Assembly (NCBI GenBank): GCA_039589315.1 | Contig: JBDHHQ010000057.1 | Coordinates: forward strand, 1 to 28,424 | Origin: Gemmatimonadota bacterium | GTDB taxonomy: Bacteria > Gemmatimonadota > Gemmatimonadetes > Longimicrobiales > Gaopeijiaceae | Direction of reading: 5' to 3' | Length of the DNA stretch: 28,424 bases | Position numbers and translations under genes: made by a program | Notes under the pieces: model-generated | Seen by the model: only the letters and a program-made list of their open reading frames with translations | Told to the model about the DNA's origin: nothing | Databases searched by the model: none | Shown here: positions 15,856-24,262 of the stretch, in pieces | How the letters are laid out: the number at the start of each line of letters is the position of its first letter | Position numbering within the stretch: position 1 is the stretch's first letter

Positions 15856-18380
15856 GGTGCCCCCTCCCTTCCGAACACCAGAGGGAGCACCACACGGCTG
15901 CGGTTCGGCATGAGGGCGGCGGGGGCGGTGGGCGGAAGCCCGGGGTTGTCCAGGATGAATGCCCGGAAGTCGCCCAGGTCGTAGACCCCGTTGGTGTTCC
16001 CGTTCCGGTCCAGGTAGTCGCGCTGTGAAACCGTCGGGCCGACCCCCGTCCCCAGGAACGGTGCCGTCAGGGCCTGGGTGCCTACCGCGGGGGGCACGAT
16101 CTCCAGCGTGAGGTCCGCCACGGCCTCGAGCCCTATGGCGTCCCGGGCCCTCAGGGTCAGCTCGAAGGTGCCGGCCTCCATGGGGACGCCCTCGAGCTGG
16201 CCGTCGGACTGGAGCAGCAGACCATCCGGGATGCGACCTGAGAGGAGCGCCCACTGGACGGGCAGGTTGGCGTTCTCCGCCTCGAGGGTGACGGTCGCGT
16301 CCATCGCGCCCTCCAGCTGCACACGTGCCGGAATGGTGGCCGTGCCGAACGTGACGTCGTACTCGGCGGCCGCCGTGACCGGCTCGTCCATCCGAACGGT
16401 CACCGGGTTGGGCGAGCCGGCCAGGTCCCCGGTCCACTCGCGGAACGCGAATCCGGTGCGGGGGAGCGCCGTGATCGATACCTCCGTTCCCACGTCGTAC
16501 CACCCGTCGGGCGACGAGGGGAACGCCTCCAGCTGTCCGGGGTCGATCCCCTCGGCTGCGCTCACGAGGGTCACGGACAGCCGCATCTCGCGGTCGCCGC
16601 CGTACGTGGCCACCAGCGTCGAGTCGGAGAGCCCGGTCGTGAACTGGCGGATCCTGGGCGCCCCGTCCTCCCACGCCAGGAACCCCGCCCTGATGCCCTC
16701 ACCGACGGAGCTGCCCGCGCCCGCCTCGATGGTATGGAACTGGAAGGGGGCGCTGCTGAGCGAGAAGCCGGTGGGCACGGGAGCCCCTCCGTCCACGGAC
16801 ACGAAGGCCGGATTCCCGTCGGTGCCTCCGGCTTCGATGGTCAGGGTCTGATAACGGGTCAGCGCCCGGAAGTGAACGTCGTCGCCCTGCATTTCGATGT
16901 CGAGGACCGTCAGTCCCGTCGCACCGCCATCGTGGGACCACGACCCGGGATTCGACCCTGCGTGGAAGGTCGTGTTGCCCGTCGTGCCGGGAAACAGGTC
17001 TCCCCCATCGCCTCGGTCGTTCCCGGGGAGCGAGGCCTCGTCGAGGCCGTCCGCGGCTCGGACCCAGACGGCCATGTGCATCGGGTCGGCGTTGACGTTG
17101 TTGGCTGACCAGCGCTGGTTCAGCACGTCCTGGTCGACGTGCCAGATCAGGAGCCCATCCCCGAACAGCTGCTGGTCGAACCCTGTCCGGTTCCGGTTCT
17201 CCAGGAGGAAGTACTCGTTCGCCCCGTCCCCGGCAGCGATACGGTATACGCGCTGATCCACCTCGACGGGGGTGAGCGTGAGATCTCCGTGGTCCTGGCC
17301 GGGCGCGAGGGTCTCCACGTCCACCCAGCCCAACACGGCCTTGCTCCACGCTCCCATGTGGCACGGCCGAGCGGGGTTGCCCCCCCGGCATCCCCAGGCT
17401 CCCGTGGCCATGACGTCCCACCGCCCCGCGGCTCCGTGCACACCGTCGTTTCCGTTGGTGTCGTATAGATCGGGAAGACCGAGGCCGTGGCCCAGCTCGT
17501 GGGCGAACACGCCGATCTCGTTGATCACGTCGGTGGGGAGGCACGACTTGGCCGGCTGGATCGTGTAGTCGTCTACGACGATGGCCGTGGGCGCCCCGGG
17601 CAGGGTCGAGCTCGATGGGGTCTTGGTCCGGTACGACTGGCCCGCGGCGAAGCGCAGGGACCAGCGGTGCGACCACACCCGGTCCCGGTTCCCGTCGCAT
17701 TCGGCGCCGGCGGTCGGATGCATCACCGCGAGAACGTCCACGAAGCCGTCGTCGTCCCCGGAGTTCGGCAGACCGTCCGGGCCGTCGTTGTCGAACAGCC
17801 CCCAATCGATCGATCCGTCGTCCAGCGCCGTGAGGAGCTCCGTGATGAAGGCGCCCACCTGCCCCGGCGTCGAGAGGCCGCCGACGCCTCCGGACACTTC
17901 GAGACCGGTCCGGGACGAGCGCTGCCAGTCGAGGGTGACGCCCACCATGCCCAGCAGCCCACCCGATTGCTCGGCGTAGTATTCGGGGATCGTGCCCGTG
18001 CCGTTCGGACCGTCGAAGAAGTGTCGCTGGACCTCGTCCCGGGAGTACGGCGCCGCTTCCGGCGAATCGGCGAACAGGCCGAGCACGAGAGGGAACGCCA
18101 GAGTGCCGCTCACTCCGCCGGGCCGCTCACCCAGCGGCGTGCCCTGCGGACCCGCACCGGCGGCCCCCTCGCTGTCCACCAGGAGCGGGGCGCCTGTGCG
18201 CTTCTTCCAGCCGCGGGAAAAGCGAAAGGCCTCCGGATTCTCGCTGCGAACCCGGTAGTACGTGTCCGGCGGGCGTGTCCCGTACACGAGTCCCAGCAAT
18301 TCGACGTCCTGCGCCGCCGCCGGTGCGACCATGCAGGCCATGGCGACCAGTGCGGTCGCTGGGAAGACGCCGGCTTTCAT
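15852..18380 (-). CDS. Secreted M6 family (immune inhibitor A-like) metalloprotease with C-terminal Ig-like repeats and a dockerin-like loop
   Basis: Signal peptide (APAAA-Q); FDNDGPDG..NSGDDDGFVD, WSHRW, zinc motif HELGHGLGLPDLYD, WDVMATG, EYFLLENR, GLLIWHVD. Then an InlB-B-like repeat (GFAFREWTGD) and an He_PIG-like domain (GRIPDGLLL..G.LEGVP...GTF). Confidence 0.92.
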   Translation of the reverse strand: MKAGVFPATALVAMACMVAPAAAQDVELLGLVYGTRPPDTYYRVRSENPEAFRFSRGWKKRTGAPLLVDSEGAAGAGPQGTPLGERPGGVSGTLAFPLVLGLFADSPEAAPYSRDEVQRHFFDGPNGTGTIPEYYAEQSGGLLGMVGVTLDWQRSSRTGLEVSGGVGGLSTPGQVGAFITELLTALDDGSIDWGLFDNDGPDGLPNSGDDDGFVDVLAVMHPTAGAECDGNRDRVWSHRWSLRFAAGQSYRTKTPSSSTLPGAPTAIVVDDYTIQPAKSCLPTDVINEIGVFAHELGHGLGLPDLYDTNGNDGVHGAAGRWDVMATGAWGCRGGNPARPCHMGAWSKAVLGWVDVETLAPGQDHGDLTLTPVEVDQRVYRIAAGDGANEYFLLENRNRTGFDQQLFGDGLLIWHVDQDVLNQRWSANNVNADPMHMAVWVRAADGLDEASLPGNDRGDGGDLFPGTTGNTTFHAGSNPGSWSHDGGATGLTVLDIEMQGDDVHFRALTRYQTLTIEAGGTDGNPAFVSVDGGAPVPTGFSLSSAPFQFHTIEAGAGSSVGEGIRAGFLAWEDGAPRIRQFTTGLSDSTLVATYGGDREMRLSVTLVSAAEGIDPGQLEAFPSSPDGWYDVGTEVSITALPRTGFAFREWTGDLAGSPNPVTVRMDEPVTAAAEYDVTFGTATIPARVQLEGAMDATVTLEAENANLPVQWALLSGRIPDGLLLQSDGQLEGVPMEAGTFELTLRARDAIGLEAVADLTLEIVPPAVGTQALTAPFLGTGVGPTVSQRDYLDRNGNTNGVYDLGDFRAFILDNPGLPPTAPAALMPNRSRVVLPLVFGREGAP

Positions 18381-18447
18381 GGTTCCGATTCGCCGATCCG
18401 GACGGAGGTGTCTGTGTCGAGCCGGCCCGTGACTCGGCCGCGTGGGC

Positions 18448-18473
18448 TAATAAACCGCCTCCGGTAGGCGGTT
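18448..18473 (-). terminator. Rho-independent terminator after the HD gene
   Basis: AACCGCCT-accgg-AGGCGGTT stem-loop (18453-18473) followed by TATTA on the - strand, 16 nt after the stop. Confidence 0.6.
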
Positions 18474-18489
18474 CCTGGGTTCCGGCCGG

Positions 18490-19065
18490 TCAGGTCTGCC
18501 TGTCGATCCCTCGGATCTCGAGCTCGGCGGCGACGTCCTTCATGCCGTCGATGACGTTCTGGATGTGCTCCGTGGGGTCGATGTCGAGCAACTCCATGCC
18601 CCGGGCCACGTCCTCGCGGTGAACGCCTGCGGCGAAGGCTTTGTCCTTGAGCTTCTTCTTGACCGACTTGGGCTTCAGATCGTCGATCCCGTTGGGCCGC
18701 ACGAGACAGCAGGCGTAGACCAGGCCACTGAGCTCGTCGCAAGCGTATAGGACGCGGTCCAATTCCGTTTCGGGGGCGACGCCCGTGAACTGCTCGCCGT
18801 GGGCGAGGATTGCGTGGATCACCTCCTCGGGATAGCCCCGCTCACGCAGCTCGGCCACGCCCCGGTGCGGATGCTCGCCGGGGTACTTCTCCCAATCCAG
18901 GTCGTGGAGAAGCCCCGCCAGGCCCCACGTCTCCTCGTCCTCCCCCAGCTTTCGGGCATAGAACCGGACTGCGGCCTCCACCGCGTACATGTGCTTCCTC
19001 AAGCCCTCGTTCTCGACCCACTCCTCCAGGAGCTCAACGGCATCGGCGCGGTCGGGCTGCGACAT
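18490..19065 (-). CDS. HD/HDIG-domain hydrolase
   Basis: KHMYAVEA, GLLHDLD, IHAILAH, ACDELSGL, KSVKKKLKDKAFAAGV. GGAG RBS. Confidence 0.88.
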   Translation of the reverse strand: MSQPDRADAVELLEEWVENEGLRKHMYAVEAAVRFYARKLGEDEETWGLAGLLHDLDWEKYPGEHPHRGVAELRERGYPEEVIHAILAHGEQFTGVAPETELDRVLYACDELSGLVYACCLVRPNGIDDLKPKSVKKKLKDKAFAAGVHREDVARGMELLDIDPTEHIQNVIDGMKDVAAELEIRGIDRQT

Positions 19066-19182
19066 GGGATCTCCGTGGTTGGGGTAAGGTGCATGAGTTC
19101 GTTTTCTATTCGACGGCTTCCGGACCCGGGCACCGCGGCGCGGACGCCGGGGCCGGGTCGTGGGCCACCGTCTCCCACCCGA

Positions 19183-20319
19183 TCACGGCTGCGTGCCCTC
19201 CGCCGCCTCGAACAGTGAGCGGTCGAGCCCCGGGACCAGCCTCAGAGCGTTCTCGTAGTAGATCTTGCGCAGCACGTCGTCGGGCAGATCCACCCCGTAG
19301 ATCATCCAGTGGGCGTGGCGTCTGCGGTAGTAGTCGAAGTACTCGTCGGCCGTCTCCAGCACCCGGAAGTAGACGTGGTATTCCTCAGGGGCCCACGAGT
19401 CCTTGCCGAACAGCACCCTGTCCTGATACTCGATCAGGAAGTCCCTGGCCGCTCGAGGCTGGCGTCCGATCTCGGCCAGCACCGCCCCCAGCTCCACGTA
19501 CATGTTGGGCATCTCGTCCAGGAGTTGGCCCAGTCGGCCCAGGTCGTTCGCCAGCCACGACATGTGCGCGCTGATGAAGTTGGTCTCCGGGTGCTTCCGG
19601 ATCATGTCCCAGTGCTCGCCCATGATCTGCTCGAAGCTGGGCTCGGGCGGACGCATGCGGCGGGGGCGCTGCTTCAGCTCCAGCCAACGCTCGTTCAGGC
19701 TGTCGCGGGGGGACCAGAACGGCGCTGGATCTCCGGTGTGGATGAGGACCGGCACACCCAGCTCGCCGGCCTTTGCCCAGATGGGATCGATCCGAGGGTC
19801 GTCGGTGGCGACCCGACCGTTCGCGTCCTCCACGTACATGCCCAGGCTCTTGAAGATCTTGAGGCCCCGCGCTCCGTTGCGAACGTCCTCCTCGAACTGT
19901 GCCACGCTGCGCTCGGTCCAATCGGGGTCGTCCATTCCGTCGAAGTCGACGTTGGCGAAGAGGACGATGCGCCCCGGATGCCGATCGGCCAGGTTCTCGA
20001 TGCCCTCTTGGAGCGCGGCGCCGCTGCGACCCGACAGGTTCACGGCGATGGCCATGTTCATGGCGTCCATGTCGGCGACGTACGAAGCCGCCTCCGCCTC
20101 ATCTGCTCCATTCCGCAGATGCGCGTGGATGTCGATGAAGGGGAAGCCGGCCCGGGTCGGCCGATGCTCGGGGACCACCAATGTGGACGTGGGCTGGTAG
20201 GCCTCGAAGTCCATGCGGAGGTTGGGGTCGACGTCGCCCCCCTGGGCGGTGACGGGCGCACCCGCGGCCAGTAGGAGGGCGGCGGTGCCCATGACGGTCC
20301 GAATCGTTGCTCCACTCAT
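19183..20319 (-). CDS. Secreted amidohydrolase family protein (Amidohydro_2-like)
   Basis: Signal peptide after ATG 20319; FIDIHAH, GARGLKI, PVLIHTGDP, SAH, RVLFGKD, KIYYENA. Confidence 0.85.
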   Translation of the reverse strand: MSGATIRTVMGTAALLLAAGAPVTAQGGDVDPNLRMDFEAYQPTSTLVVPEHRPTRAGFPFIDIHAHLRNGADEAEAASYVADMDAMNMAIAVNLSGRSGAALQEGIENLADRHPGRIVLFANVDFDGMDDPDWTERSVAQFEEDVRNGARGLKIFKSLGMYVEDANGRVATDDPRIDPIWAKAGELGVPVLIHTGDPAPFWSPRDSLNERWLELKQRPRRMRPPEPSFEQIMGEHWDMIRKHPETNFISAHMSWLANDLGRLGQLLDEMPNMYVELGAVLAEIGRQPRAARDFLIEYQDRVLFGKDSWAPEEYHVYFRVLETADEYFDYYRRRHAHWMIYGVDLPDDVLRKIYYENALRLVPGLDRSLFEAAEGTQP

Positions 20320-20407
20320 CAATTCGTTCTCTCTGCTCTCGGTTTCGAGACTCTGATCGGAGGTGTTCCTCGGGATCGGCGCCGACACGCGGTGGCGCGG
20401 GAGCACG

Positions 20408-21058
20408 TCATACCCGGGAGGACGGGCAGAAGTGCGACACGGCACACGCCTCGCATCTGGGAGACCGGGCGACACATACCTGACGCCCGTGGAAGATCAG
20501 AAGATGCGACAGCATCGTCCAGCGATCCCGCGGGAAGAGCTTCATGAGATCGAGCTCGATCTTCTCCGGAGCGGACTCCCGTGTCAGCCCCATGAGCGTC
20601 GTAAGGCGCTTCACGTGGGTATCCACGACCACGCCTTCGTCGATCCCGAAGGCGTTCCCGAGGATCACGTTCGCGGTCTTCCGCCCCACGCCGGGCAGCT
20701 CTACCAGGGCAGCCATGTTGGCCGGCACGTCGCCACCGTGCTCGAGGGCCACGCCCCGGGCGAAGCCGATGATGCTCTTGGCTTTGTTGCGGAAGAACCC
20801 CGTCGACCGGATGATCTCCTCCACCTCCTCCTGACGGGCGGAGGCCAGGTCTTCGGCCGTCGGGTACCGCCGGAAGAGGGCGGGCGTCACCATGTTCACC
20901 CGCTCGTCTGTCGTCTGCGCGGAGAGGATGGTCGCGACCCCCAGCTCGAACGCGTCCCGATGGCGCAGCGCGCAGTGAGCTTCGGGATACTCCCGGGCGA
21001 GATGGTCGTAGATGGCCGCGGCCCTTTCCGTCCGGGCCCTCTTCGATTCCCTGGGCAT
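20408..21058 (-). CDS. nth: Endonuclease III
   Basis: ILSAQTTDERVN, HhH motif LPGVGRKTAN, VVDTHV, FeS cluster C-x6-C-x2-C-x5-C. GAGG RBS. Confidence 0.96.
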   Translation of the reverse strand: MPRESKRARTERAAAIYDHLAREYPEAHCALRHRDAFELGVATILSAQTTDERVNMVTPALFRRYPTAEDLASARQEEVEEIIRSTGFFRNKAKSIIGFARGVALEHGGDVPANMAALVELPGVGRKTANVILGNAFGIDEGVVVDTHVKRLTTLMGLTRESAPEKIELDLMKLFPRDRWTMLSHLLIFHGRQVCVARSPRCEACAVSHFCPSSRV

Positions 21059-21112
21059 GGTGCCTCTTTTCAGCGCTCGGTTTTCTCTGCTGTAGGCCGG
21101 TGGCGCTACCGA

Positions 21113-21847
21113 TCACTCGACGGGTGTCGCCGTGGCGTCGGACTCCCAGAGCTCCAGCGTCGAGGCCTCCTCACGGCGTAGCAGGCCCCGGAGGCTCTGC
21201 CTCCACGATCTCCTCCTCACCAGCACCAGCTGCAGGTGCCCGCCTCCCACGTCCACGCCGTCGACCCAGACGTAATGGACGTCACCGAGCGTCGCGGGCC
21301 TGGGGATCCTCCACTCCCCGCCGTGCCAGCCGAAGGCCAGCTCGGTCGCGCCCTCGAACGCTTCGGGCGTCCACGGCTGCTCGATGAAGAAGTGATTCTC
21401 CACCTGGAAGACGCCCTCGGCAATCCGGTCGCCATGCTGATAATACCACGGATCGAAATCCAGCCCCTCCGCCCGCTTGAAGCCCTCGTCCATGGCGTAA
21501 TCCACGCCTCCCAGCTCGTCCTGACTGGCGAGCGACTCGAGGTGGTGCCGCAGCTCGTGCGTGAGCGTCTCCCACAGCTCCTCCTCCCAATCGAAGTCCG
21601 GATCGAGCTGGGCCAGCTCCCGGAACGAGCCGTGGTAGAGCACGACGACGGACCGGGTCGTCTCGGGCCCGGTCCAGTCGGACGGATATGACTCCGTGAG
21701 GCAATGCCCCAGCGTGTAGATGTCCGGCAGCGTGGGGTGAGGCAGCGCCTCAGCCGAGACCGTCAGGCCGTCGATTCCCTCGCGGTAGTGCTCCGGGATC
21801 GAGGCGAAGGCCTTCCTGGCCTTCCGCTGGAAGACGTCGAAGCGCAT
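21113..21847 (-). CDS. Zincin-like metallopeptidase family protein with C-terminal extension
   Basis: 'AFASIPEHYREGI', VVLYHGSF, 'ETLTHELRHH' HExxH motif typical of minimal zincins. Confidence 0.75.
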   Translation of the reverse strand: MRFDVFQRKARKAFASIPEHYREGIDGLTVSAEALPHPTLPDIYTLGHCLTESYPSDWTGPETTRSVVVLYHGSFRELAQLDPDFDWEEELWETLTHELRHHLESLASQDELGGVDYAMDEGFKRAEGLDFDPWYYQHGDRIAEGVFQVENHFFIEQPWTPEAFEGATELAFGWHGGEWRIPRPATLGDVHYVWVDGVDVGGGHLQLVLVRRRSWRQSLRGLLRREEASTLELWESDATATPVE

Positions 21848-21920
21848 CAGACCGCCTGACCGGATCCTCGCAACGTCCTGCCTCGCGGACCGGAGGGTGG
21901 ACGGCGACGGCCGGGCCTGC

Positions 21921-23381
21921 TCAGGCCCCCTCCCGCGGCCTTTCCGTGCCCATGGTCCGCTCGACGAGCCATCGGTTCGCCAGCAGGACGACCACGAGCA
22001 CGATGGCCCATTGGATCAGCACCGTCCCGATGTTGTACGCCGAGAACGGCGTCCACGTCTCGGAGAAGCTCGCCTGCCGCGCTTGGACGAACCACCAGAT
22101 CATCAGCACCACCGCCTCGACGAGCACCAGCCGGATGGCCCAGTCCCACCAGGCCCCGATGCGGATGTCCGAGTGTCCCGTGTTGATGAACTCCTCACGC
22201 CAGTCGGTTACCCCGTACTTCACGACGGCGAAGGCGAAGAACAGCCCGGACAGCATGAGGCCCACGCCCCAGACCCAGTCCTGGTTCGCGAACACGTCCA
22301 TGCTCAAGGCCGAGGGCAGCCCGCAGGTGAAGCCGGCGATCCCCACGACGGCGATGGCCTTGCTCCGGGCCAGACCCAGGTCCATGAGGATCCGGCTCGA
22401 GAGCTCGATCATGGCCACGAGGCTGCTCCACGCAGCGAACACGAGGGCCAGGAAGAAGATCGCCATGAAGAGCTGCCCGCCGGGCATGCGGGCGAACAGC
22501 TGTGGAATCCAGATGAAGGTCAGCCCCTCGTTGCCCGCACCGACGATCTGGCTGGCCGCATCCGGCATGATGGAGAAGACGGTACAGAGCACCGCGATAC
22601 CCGCCAGCAGGGACATGGAGTTGTTGCCGAAGCCGATGACGAAGGCGTTCAGGGCCGTGTCCTCGTTGGCCCGCATGTACACGGCGTAGCTCAGGACCAA
22701 CCCCCAACCCGCCCCGGTGTCCCAGGCGTTCTGGGTCAGCGCCTCGAGCCAGACCCGGTAGTTGGTCAGCTCGGCGAGGTTTGGCGTGAAGAGGAACGCC
22801 AGACCCTCGCCGGCCCCGGGCAGAGTCAGGGCTTTGATGGCCAGCACGATGACCAGGATGACCAAGCTCGGGATCAGGATGCGAGCGGCGGTCTCGATCC
22901 CCTTCACCCCCTTCGAGACCACGAAGACGCCCAACGCCATGGCGACGGCGTGGGTGAGGACGGCGCCGTCGGTGGCCGCGTACGCCTCCCACAGGGCTCC
23001 GGGCTCCGCCGACGGGATCTCCCTGGTGAGGGACGCGACGAAGAACCGGATGGTCCAGCCCATCACCACGCTGTAGTAGAACATGATGGCGATGGCCACC
23101 CACGCGACCCATGCCCCCATCCACCCGAACTTGGGGCCCAGCGTCTTGGCGAACGCGCCGACCAGCCCTCGACGCGTCCCCTTCCCCATCCCGAACTCGA
23201 GGATCAGAAGGGGAATCGACCAGAGCAGGAGGAAGCAGGCCCACGCCACCAGGAAGGATCCGCCGCCGTTGCTCGCCGCGATCCGGGGGAAGCGCCAGAT
23301 GTTGCCGGTGCCCACGGCCATGCCCAGCATGGCCAGGAGCATCCCCCACCTCGAGCTGAACACCTCGGATCTGCTGGACAA
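21921..23381 (-). CDS. Sodium-dependent transporter, NSS/SNF (LeuT-like) family
   Basis: FSSRWG, GMAVGTGNIWRFP, NGGGSF, YYSVVMGW, GLAFLFTP, EGLTFIWIP and multiple TM helices. TTG 23381 has a GGAGG RBS; ATG 23408 is an alternative. Confidence 0.93.
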   Translation of the reverse strand: MSSRSEVFSSRWGMLLAMLGMAVGTGNIWRFPRIAASNGGGSFLVAWACFLLLWSIPLLILEFGMGKGTRRGLVGAFAKTLGPKFGWMGAWVAWVAIAIMFYYSVVMGWTIRFFVASLTREIPSAEPGALWEAYAATDGAVLTHAVAMALGVFVVSKGVKGIETAARILIPSLVILVIVLAIKALTLPGAGEGLAFLFTPNLAELTNYRVWLEALTQNAWDTGAGWGLVLSYAVYMRANEDTALNAFVIGFGNNSMSLLAGIAVLCTVFSIMPDAASQIVGAGNEGLTFIWIPQLFARMPGGQLFMAIFFLALVFAAWSSLVAMIELSSRILMDLGLARSKAIAVVGIAGFTCGLPSALSMDVFANQDWVWGVGLMLSGLFFAFAVVKYGVTDWREEFINTGHSDIRIGAWWDWAIRLVLVEAVVLMIWWFVQARQASFSETWTPFSAYNIGTVLIQWAIVLVVVLLANRWLVERTMGTERPREGA

Positions 23382-23553
23382 ACGGCCCTCCCACCTGGGG
23401 TTCGCCATCGGGTGTGATCAGGGAAAAGTCGGCCCAACATAGTCTTTCCCCCTCGGCGGCGACCAGCCTAGGGACGGGGCTCCCCTTGCAGTCATGGGGA
23501 GCCGGCTGGGTGCGGGTGCGGAACGTCCCCGCACCCAGGGGGGTCCAACACGC

Positions 23554-23793
23554 ATGCCGATCTACGAATATCGTTGCGCAGCCAACGGACGAACCGTCGA
23601 GGTTCGCCACGGCATGGGGGAGAAGCTCGTCACCTGGGGCGAGCTCACTGCCCGGGCCGGCCTGGAGGTGGGGGCGGTGCCCCCGTCCACGCCGGTCGAG
23701 AGGCTGCTGTCCCCGGCGCTGGTGAGTCAGGGCGCTCGCGTCCAACCTGAAGCATGCGGCCCGGCGTGCCGCTGCGCTGGACTGGAAGCGTAG
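23554..23793 (+). CDS. FmdB-like zinc-ribbon domain protein (degenerate)
   Basis: MPIYEYRC start and VERLLS motif; C-terminal CGPACRC. Confidence 0.75.
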   Translation: MPIYEYRCAANGRTVEVRHGMGEKLVTWGELTARAGLEVGAVPPSTPVERLLSPALVSQGARVQPEACGPACRCAGLEA

Positions 23794-23876
23794 CGACCGC
23801 CGGACACCGGTCAGCCTGAGGAACGCCCCTTTGGGGGCTCACGCCAACGGCACGGGCCAGCCCGCCGCGGCCTGAC

Positions 23877-24260
23877 TCACGCCACCGGCCTTCCCTCCAG
23901 CTCTGCCAACACGTTCGCCCGCATGCGGGCGTCCTCTGCGCGAACGCGCTCCAGGATCCGCTCGAACCGGGGATTGCCTCGGTGCGGATCGATGGCGGCT
24001 TCCTGCAACCACAGCGCCTCCCAGTTGAGACCCGAGGCCTGGGATTCCTCCAGCCAGTCCAGCGCCTGGTCGTGCTGCCCGAGAAGCGTATGGATCATTC
24101 CGATCTGGAACTCGGACCAGGGGCGAGGCGTGACGCCCGCCTCATAGGCCGCGACGATCTCGGTCAGACTCTCGGTGAGCAGCTCCTGGGCTCGCTCCAC
24201 GTCGCCCCCGGCCAGAACGACGGAGCCCATCACGGTCCTGGAGGATTTGTACAGCACCAC
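23877..24260 (-). pseudogene. TPR-containing fragment resembling the C-terminal tail of TolB/TPR-type kinases or regulators (gene remnant or small stand-alone protein)
   Basis: LGQHDQALDWLEES...IDPHRGNPRFERILERV resembles the 'DPLRxDPRF..LL' tail. It starts 2 nt after the M14 stop, and an in-frame stop at 24291-24293 prevents extension. Confidence 0.55.
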
Positions 24261-24262
24261 AC

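Noticed and set aside
11..23812. Shared 10-mer CACCGGTCAG at about 11-20 and about 23803-23812
   Set aside because: Too short, and the flanks are unrelated. Consistent with chance in GC-rich DNA.
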